DNA of 64,000 bases, taken from a bacterium (GTDB lineage: Bacteria; UBA8248). Of the stretch, positions 57,917 through 64,000 are shown one piece after another. Every line of letters begins with the position of its first letter. Position 1 is the stretch's first letter. Under the pieces are notes generated by a model. The model was not told where the DNA came from, did not search any database, and saw nothing but the letters and a program-made list of their open reading frames with translations. The DNA lies in the NCBI GenBank assembly GCA_965261085.1, contig OZ253442.1, forward strand, positions 2,336,001 through 2,400,000, written 5' to 3'. The translations under genes and the position numbers were made by a program.

Positions 57917-57999
57917 CGTCATTCCGCAGTGCTTGAATGCGGAATCCAAAACCGATGCATTTTTCATCAGCCTGGATTCCGGCATGCGCCGGAATGACG
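57917..57999. repeat. REP-like doublet (GTCATTCCG...GGAATCC / GGATTCCG...CGGAATGAC)
   Basis: Two inverted hairpin units with a 10-bp outer IR CGTCATTCCG/CGGAATGACG. Confidence 0.7.
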
Positions 58000-58198
58000 G
58001 GCAAAGACATAAATCAAATAAATCAATCCGACATCGATGCGCCTGAATGCGCTATTGTATTATAACTATATGTTTTATTTGCTTATATTTCTTATTTTCG
58101 ATTTAAGACCTCTTGCATTTTCGCCACATTCATGCTTGAATGCGCTCCTGTTTGATACCGCTCGTATGCGTTTTGATTACGAATATTCAGGAGGGCGC

Positions 58199-59374
58199 AT
58201 GCCGAAAAGAAGCGAGTTCAAGCTCCTCAAGCGAGCCGTCGACGCGCTCGAAGTCGAAGGGAAGGATGCGGTCTTCTGGGACCGGGACTTGGCCGGCTTC
58301 GGGGTGCGGGTCCACCCCACGGGCAAGAAGGTCTACGTGGTGCAGTCCCGGGGGCCCGGAGGTCCCAAACGCGTGACGCTCGGCCGGCACGGGGATATCT
58401 CGACCGATGAGGCGAGGAAGCAGGCGGCCTCCGTCATCGACCGCATCAAGCGAGGCGAGGAGCCGAAGCCCGGACCGCCCGAGGCGGAACTCACCGTGGC
58501 CGGACTGGCCGAGCGCTTCATGCGCGTTTATGCCGGGGCGCACTGCAAGCCGGGCACAGTCGCGACGTATCGCTCCATACTGGAGAACCACGTCCTGCGG
58601 GCTCTGGGCTCGATGACGGTAGGCCAGGTCGGAGCAGCCGAGATATCGGCATTGCACCACCGGCTTCGCGAAACGCCGAGGATGGCGAACTCCGTGGTCG
58701 ACGTGCTCTCGCGGATGTTCACGCTGGCGGAAGCGTGGGAACTGACTCCGCCCGGGAGCAACCCGTGCCGGGGGTTGCGCCGCTACAGGATGCGCCCTTG
58801 TGAGCGGTTCCTCACGCCTGAGGAATACCGGCGCCTGGGCCGGGTCTTGGGGGAAACGGAGGGAACGACCTGGCCGCCTGCGGTCACGGCTATCCGGTTG
58901 TTGATGCTGACCGGATGCAGGAGTAGCGAGATACTGAACCTGCGCTGGGACGACGTGGACCGTACGGCGGGCGAGTTGAGGTTGAGGGACACCAAGACGG
59001 GCCCGCGCATGGTTCCCGTGACGGCGGCCGCCCTTGACGTGCTCGACGCGATCCCCCGTTCTCCGGGAATCCCCTGGGTGATCCCCGCACAGAAGGGAAG
59101 GGGCCGCCTCTCGGACCTCTATCACTACTGGCGGCCCATCCGGGCGCAGGCCGGTCTCCACGACGTACGCATCCACGATTTGCGGCATTCCTACGCCAGC
59201 AGGGCGCTGGCGCTGGGCGAGGGCTTACCCGTGATCGGGAGGTTGCTCGGACACAAGGAGGTCGCGACGACGGCGCGCTACGCGCACCTGATTCGCGACG
59301 CCGAGAAGGCCGCGGCGGTCCGGGTGGGCGAGAGCATCGGGGCCCACGTCGCGCGGAACGAAGATGAGGCATGA
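58199..59374 (+). CDS. Tyrosine recombinase/integrase with an N-terminal arm-binding (DUF4102-type) domain
   Basis: FWDRDLAGFGVRV, LTGCRSSEI, TKTG, HDLRHSYAS, LLGH, TARYAH. Confidence 0.93.
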   Translation: MPKRSEFKLLKRAVDALEVEGKDAVFWDRDLAGFGVRVHPTGKKVYVVQSRGPGGPKRVTLGRHGDISTDEARKQAASVIDRIKRGEEPKPGPPEAELTVAGLAERFMRVYAGAHCKPGTVATYRSILENHVLRALGSMTVGQVGAAEISALHHRLRETPRMANSVVDVLSRMFTLAEAWELTPPGSNPCRGLRRYRMRPCERFLTPEEYRRLGRVLGETEGTTWPPAVTAIRLLMLTGCRSSEILNLRWDDVDRTAGELRLRDTKTGPRMVPVTAAALDVLDAIPRSPGIPWVIPAQKGRGRLSDLYHYWRPIRAQAGLHDVRIHDLRHSYASRALALGEGLPVIGRLLGHKEVATTARYAHLIRDAEKAAAVRVGESIGAHVARNEDEA

Positions 59375-59387
59375 GGGAGGAATGGAC

Positions 59388-60584
59388 ATGACGAAGCTCG
59401 CATACAGGACGCTCTCGAACCGGATGGTAGGGAAGCTTACGGTCGAAAAAGATACCGTATTCTGGGACAGGGAGCTCACCGGCTTCGGTGTGAGGGTCTA
59501 TCCCACGGGGAGTAAGGTGTACATCGCGCAGGCGCGGGGACCGGAGGGTCCCAAACGTGTGGCGGTTGGCCGCCAGGGGGTGATCCATGCGGAGGAGGCG
59601 CGCAAGCGGGCCGCCCTCATCATCTCCCGGATCAAGGCGGGTGAGGCGCCCGTGCCCGAACCATTGATACCCGCCGGCGGGCCGAGCGTGGCCGAATTCG
59701 CTGCGCGGTATCTCACGGAATACGTCTCGGTGCGGTGTAAACCGCGCACCGTAAAACTGGCCCGCTCCGTGGTCCACAGGCACATCGCGCCGGCCCTGGG
59801 CAGGATGCCTCTCGCGGCGGTCGAACGCGCGCAGGTGGCGGAGCTCCACCAGAAACTGTACGAGACGCCTGCGATTGCGAACGCCGTGGTCGGCGCTCTG
59901 TCTTCGATGTACAAACTGGCCGAGGGCTGGGGACTGGTCCCCGAGGGAGTGAACCCCTGCCGCTCCCTCGTCAAATACCCCGGACGCAGGCGGGAGCGGT
60001 TCCTGACGGAGGCGGAGTTTATGCGCTTAGGGAGCGTACTGGACAACGTCGAAGCGAAGGGCGTCGCGTCGGCGCCAGCAGTGGCGGCGATCAGGCTCTT
60101 GATACTGACCGGGTGCCGGAAGTCGGAGATCCTCACCCTTCGCTGGGAAGACGTGGCGCCGGATGAGAACGAACTGAGACTGCCCGACACGAAGACGGGC
60201 GCGCGGGCGGTCTCGCTCTCGCCCCCAGCGGTCAAGCTCCTCGCCGGTCTCCCGCGCTTCCCCGGAAACCCCTGGGTCATACCCGGCAGGAAGCCGGGCG
60301 GGCGCCTGAGCAGCCTCGATTACGTCTGGCGAATCATCCGCGAGCAAGCGGGCCTGGAAGACGTCCGGATCCACGATTTGAGACACTCCTACGCCAGCCG
60401 CGCCCTGGCTCTGGGCGAGTCCCTCCCGATGATCGGGAAGTTGTTGGGCCACAGCCAGATACAGACCACGGCGCGCTATGCGCATCTGGCGCGCGACTCG
60501 GTGAAAGAGGCCGCAGAGCGCATCGCCGCGAGCATCGCGATTGACATTCTGGGTGAAGACTGGAGGCATGCTTCCGTTTCATGA
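59388..60584 (+). CDS. Second tandem tyrosine recombinase/integrase, same family
   Basis: FWDRELTGFGVRV, LTGCRKSEI, TKTG, HDLRHSYAS, LLGH, TARYAH. Confidence 0.93.
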   Translation: MTKLAYRTLSNRMVGKLTVEKDTVFWDRELTGFGVRVYPTGSKVYIAQARGPEGPKRVAVGRQGVIHAEEARKRAALIISRIKAGEAPVPEPLIPAGGPSVAEFAARYLTEYVSVRCKPRTVKLARSVVHRHIAPALGRMPLAAVERAQVAELHQKLYETPAIANAVVGALSSMYKLAEGWGLVPEGVNPCRSLVKYPGRRRERFLTEAEFMRLGSVLDNVEAKGVASAPAVAAIRLLILTGCRKSEILTLRWEDVAPDENELRLPDTKTGARAVSLSPPAVKLLAGLPRFPGNPWVIPGRKPGGRLSSLDYVWRIIREQAGLEDVRIHDLRHSYASRALALGESLPMIGKLLGHSQIQTTARYAHLARDSVKEAAERIAASIAIDILGEDWRHASVS

Positions 60585-60762
60585 TCTTCGCCATTCCTAC
60601 GCCAGCCGCGCCCTGGCCCTGGGCGAGTCCCTTCCCATGATCGGACGTTTGCTGGGCCACAGACAGATCGAGACCACGGCGCGATACGCGCACCTGGCGC
60701 GGGATTCGGCGCAGGAGGCCGCGGAACGGGTCGCCGCGAGCATCGCGGTGGACTTGCTGTAG
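60568..60762 (+). pseudogene. Third integrase reduced to its C-terminal 64 aa, retaining an RBS and ATG
   Basis: GGAGGC-ATG-LPF-HDLRHSYASRALALGESLPMIGRLLGHRQIETTARYAH... Confidence 0.8.
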
Positions 60763-60813
60763 GGCGCCGGGCGTAACTCCCGAGAAACCCGGTCGATGAT
60801 GAATGCGATTTTC

Positions 60814-61125
60814 CTATATCTCCATCCCTCGGGCCGATCGGATCTTCTCCATCGCCGACCGCCACCCTTCACCCGAATGTAGCGTTTCGGTCGGCTTCTC
60901 CGCCCCGAAGCTCCCGGCCTTGCCCGCTCCGAACGCCTCCAGTGCCGCTATACACTCCCCCGTCGCGGCTTCCAACCGCTCGCACAGGGTCTTCGCGTCG
61001 TCCGTCAAGAGTTCCGCCCGGTCCCGGGCGCGGCTGATCTCGACGTAGAGCGTCTTCTGGTTGGTGAGGTCGGGGTGGTTCGCCTCCATCGCTGCGATGA
61101 CGGTGTCGACCGTGCGGCCCATCAT
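60814..61125 (-). pseudogene. C-terminal helicase fragment of a TrwC/TraI (MOBF)-type conjugative relaxase
   Basis: GRTVDTVIAAM...LTNQKTLYVEISRARDRAELLTDD (SF1 motifs V/VI). Confidence 0.7.
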
Positions 61126-61236
61126 CTTCCACAAGCTCAATCGCGACCCCGCCGTCGCCGCCGGCCACCACCCTGACCTGGGTGGTGGGGACGGCAATAC
61201 AGGCTAAGAAGGGGTCGGGGGAAGTCGCTCAAGCCG

Positions 61237-62406
61237 CTACTGTAACGCGCAGCCTTTGCGCTCCCGGCGCAGGCAGCCGAGGTTGCGATGGAACACTTCT
61301 GCCTGCGCTCGCGCGAAGCCGGCCGGGCCGGAGCCGTTCTCCCGGCTGTTCTGATACCGCGCCCAGTCGCCCTCGTTCCCCTCGCGCCAGTAACCGTCGA
61401 GGATCTGCGCGGGCAGGGGCTTGAGCTCGGGCAGGGTGTTGTAGCGGGCCCCGGGTGGGCCGTCGCGGCCGGGCAACCGGCGGCGCTCGCCGAGGAAGCC
61501 GTGGAACGAGTAGAAGGCGTCGGAGCCGGGGAGGAAGGCGAGCTCGTAGTCGACGGTTCGGTCCGGGTCGGTGATGTCGTCCGCCGACATCATCGGGCGC
61601 TTGCCGAAACCCATCATGAAGGCCCTGGCGTCATGGTCCAGAAACCGCACCGCCCGGCGCACCGTCCGTCCCGGAACGTGGGGGTAAAGCTCGTTCGAGC
61701 GGATGGCCACGTCGATGTCGAAGCGTCCGTCGGGCCCGAGCTCCACCGACTCGCCGACCAGGTAGGTGCGCAGGTAGTTGTGCTGCTGCAGGGTCAAGGC
61801 GACGGGACGCCCATCCGCGGCCAGGACCACGAACGCGGCGGTGTAGTGGTCGAGCTGGTGCCAGTCGTCGAGGTCCGCCACCAGCCGAAGCGGGATGGCC
61901 GCGGCCAGGGACAACCCCGCCGGCAGGCCGCTCACCCGGAACGCCAGGTGGTAGGTGAGGACGGTGAATTCCTCGGCCGGCCGGTCCGGTTCCTCCGTCG
62001 CCCACAGGCCTGTGCGCTCCACCGTGCCGTAGACGACGGGCCGGGGCTCGACCCCGCCCGGCGCGTGCGTGAACTCGGCGCGGACGTCGTCGCGGTAGCG
62101 GTTCAGGTCACTGGCGGTGGGGCCGTCGATGCGAACGCCGTCGCCCGTTATCAGGTAACCGTGGGCGATGTAGTCGCGGTAGAAGTCGATGGGACCTTCG
62201 TGGCCGGCGGGCAGGTGGAAGCGCGGCGCGTGGCGGCGGGCCAGGGCCTGATCGGCCGGATCGGCGGCGTCGGCCGGAGGGTTGGCCGCGAAATACTCGG
62301 CGAACCCGGGGTGCTGCGAGAAGTTGCGGTCGGCGGCGGCAGAGCCGGCCCTCACGCAGATCAGCAGAAGCCCCGCGAGACAGCCGATCATGTACACGTA
62401 ACGCAT
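61237..62406 (-). CDS. Uncharacterised secreted protein (very GC-rich island cargo)
   Basis: Signal peptide MRYVYMIGCLAGLLLICVRAGSAAA; 389-aa ORF with strong GC3 bias. Confidence 0.7.
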   Translation of the reverse strand: MRYVYMIGCLAGLLLICVRAGSAAADRNFSQHPGFAEYFAANPPADAADPADQALARRHAPRFHLPAGHEGPIDFYRDYIAHGYLITGDGVRIDGPTASDLNRYRDDVRAEFTHAPGGVEPRPVVYGTVERTGLWATEEPDRPAEEFTVLTYHLAFRVSGLPAGLSLAAAIPLRLVADLDDWHQLDHYTAAFVVLAADGRPVALTLQQHNYLRTYLVGESVELGPDGRFDIDVAIRSNELYPHVPGRTVRRAVRFLDHDARAFMMGFGKRPMMSADDITDPDRTVDYELAFLPGSDAFYSFHGFLGERRRLPGRDGPPGARYNTLPELKPLPAQILDGYWREGNEGDWARYQNSRENGSGPAGFARAQAEVFHRNLGCLRRERKGCALQ

Positions 62407-62604
62407 CACATCACCGCGGAATGCGTGTGAACCCTGGTTTTCGGCCTTCCTGTGCGCGTTTCCCAACTGGTCACTGCGGAATCTGGTGAAGGTCCGAGCC
62501 CAGGTACCGACGCTACAGGCCGCCGCTAAGGTTAACATGTAACGAACAAGCTCGCGTGTGTTTGACGAGCGACGTAAAGGACCGTCGTGATACGCCAAAC
62601 ACAC

Positions 62605-62972
62605 GCGACCGTGTTCGGACGGCAGTTCACCCGGACGCGGGACTCCATGTAGTGCTTGGCCAAAGCAGCCACGGTGGGCTCGGGCTCAGGCGGCCACGGG
62701 AAGGGTTCCTCGCCCCGCTTGATGCGGTCGATGACCCCGGCCGCCGTTTTGCGCGACTGCTCGGCAGACGTCTCGCCGTGACGGCCGATGGAGATGCGCC
62801 TCGGCGCGCCGTCCGGCCCCCTCGTCTGGACGACGTATTCCTAGCGACCCGAGGCGTGGACCCTGACCCCGAATCCGGGCAGGTCGCGGTCCCAGAAGAC
62901 GGCGTCGCCTGAGGGGACCGACAGCGCGTAGACGGTCCCCTTGGTGAGTCTGTGTTTGTTCTCCCGGTTCAT
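62605..62972 (-). pseudogene. N-terminal (arm-binding) fragment of a further integrase paralogue, with in-frame TAG at 62841-62843
   Basis: MNRENKHRLTKGTVYAL...VFWDRDLPGFGVRVHASGR*EYVVQTRGP...IDRIKRGEEP...TVAALA.HY...NCRPNT. Confidence 0.82.
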
Positions 62973-63127
62973 GGAGCCCACTTCGCATGTTCCGTAACCG
63001 CATCGCAACCGATCAGTATCGAATCAGGGGCCATTCTATGGTGTTTCTGTCGGGGTTGCAAGTGGAGGATATTTCCGAATTATCTTGTAACTATATGAAT
63101 AACATATGGTTATCAATAATACGTCAT

Positions 63128-63309
63128 GGCATTCCTACGCCAGCCGGGTGCTGGCTCTGGGCGAGGGACTGCCCATGATTGGGCGCCTGCTGGGCCACAG
63201 ACAGATCGAAACGACGGCGCGCTACGCGCATCTGGCGCGGGGTTCGGCGCAGGAGGCCGCGGAGAGGGTCGCCGCGAGCATCGCGGAGGACATCTTGGAC
63301 AAGGGCTGA
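63128..63309 (+). pseudogene. Isolated integrase C-terminal fragment
   Basis: HSYASRVLALGEGLPMIGRLLGHRQIETTARYAHLARGSAQEAAERVAASIA, preceded by unrelated AT-rich DNA. Confidence 0.82.
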
Positions 63310-63789
63310 AGGTTGGCTTGTTAAGGACGGTCATGAGAACCGCCTCCGCTTCCGATACGTTGCGAAATGCACGGATCACGCCGTCCGGCACGACCATCCC
63401 GTCGAAGGTCTCGAGAATTACCGAGTAAACACCGTCATCTCCCCAGTAGATTTTCCACCGTCCCGTGAGGGTTACGAATGTCTCCTCCGATCCGTGGCTG
63501 TGCAGGGCAGCACCGATCCCGGGTAGGCCTTCACGAAGTCGATGTGGTAATTCACCGCTTGTTCGACGGCAGTGCCTGCAAGCTGCTCTTCATCCGCCCT
63601 ACCTCCGAGCGCGCTATAGAGGGTTCTGACGCGCCCGGGCAGGGAGCAATCGAGGAAAGCGTGGCAAGAGGGAACCAGTTCGGCGAATCGCCAGACTCGG
63701 TTTTTCATCTCCGCCTGAGTAACCTGCTTCGACTTTCCGAACCAAGCTCCGATCTCCCTGTCGAATCTAGCATCACGTTCGTTTCTCAT
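63310..63789 (-). pseudogene. Frameshifted, 3'-truncated cupin-domain gene
   Basis: ...FVKAYPG / frameshift near 63518 / IGAALHSHGSEETFVTLTGRWKIYWG...VPDGVIRAFRNVSE. The frame runs into the integrase fragment. Confidence 0.7.
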
Positions 63790-64000
63790 CAGGTTGCTCC
63801 TTGCTCAATCGATTGCGAAATGGCAGGGTGCGAGGCGATATGGCCCCAAAGTTTAGTACAGGGCAAGATCAGTAAGGAATATCCGAACAACACCGGTTTC
63901 TGCGGATGCGTACATGGGCGCAAATCCCGCTATACCTGACCGCGCGGGTGAGCGGCGGGGGGATGTGCAACCGGACAGGTCTTCAGGGAGGCAGCCTTGG

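Larger units (their letters stand above)
58010..63310. mobile_element. Decayed integrative (ICE/IME-like) island with tandem tyrosine integrases, a relaxase remnant and one cargo gene; boundaries approximate
   Basis: Two intact integrases, three integrase fragments, a TrwC/TraI helicase fragment and AT-rich flanks. The right edge coincides with the truncation of a cupin gene. Confidence 0.7.

Noticed and set aside
58199-60762. Canonical RIT element
   Set aside because: These are mutually similar arm-domain integrases rather than the distinct RitA/B/C types, and no terminal IRs were found. Kept only as an analogy.
53223-62843. Two in-frame TAG codons (brnT, integrase fragment) suggesting amber recoding or pyrrolysine
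   Set aside because: TAG is the normal stop of intact genes here (hup, ccmF, the LivK-type SBP). Both cases are in accessory or decaying DNA, and no pyl genes are seen.
59170-63300. Repeated ~180-bp units as a CRISPR array or integron cassette array
   Set aside because: The repeats are coding integrase 3' ends, irregularly spaced. There are no attC-type structures, no IntI-specific insertion and no cas genes.

Overview
GC-rich bacterial chromosomal window. No rRNA, tRNA or CRISPR array was seen. 1-52.7 kb is mostly metabolic and housekeeping: three Ldh2/ComC-family dehydrogenases; a split UxaA/SuyAB-family lyase; Zn-ADH, SDR and old-yellow-enzyme genes; a LIV-type ABC importer converging on an alpha/beta-hydrolase-SDR-triple-Rid operon; a delta-9-type desaturase with a long amphipathic tail; ilvC; an 11-gene variant System I cytochrome c maturation operon; an Fbp/Pot-type ABC importer with two ATPases plus a CapA-family gene; hup, miaB and a UvrD/PcrA-type helicase. 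52.7-64 kb is an accessory, decaying zone: a BrnTA module with an amber-interrupted toxin, two stacked methyltransferase-nuclease pairs (Dam + PD-(D/E)XK; beta-class MTase + BglII/BstYI), palindromic repeats, and a tandem tyrosine-integrase island with a relaxase remnant and four copies of the integrase 3' end. Top leads: (1) a hidden AhpD/CMD-family selenoprotein candidate, split in the ORF track at an in-frame UGA in a CxxU motif with a SECIS-like hairpin (56331-56993); (2) the multi-integrase island whose truncated copies begin at the catalytic HxLRH codons; (3) the desaturase-11-mer amphipathic repeat fusion; (4) the single-chain triple Rid protein lacking the catalytic Arg. All family calls come from motif recognition, not database searches.
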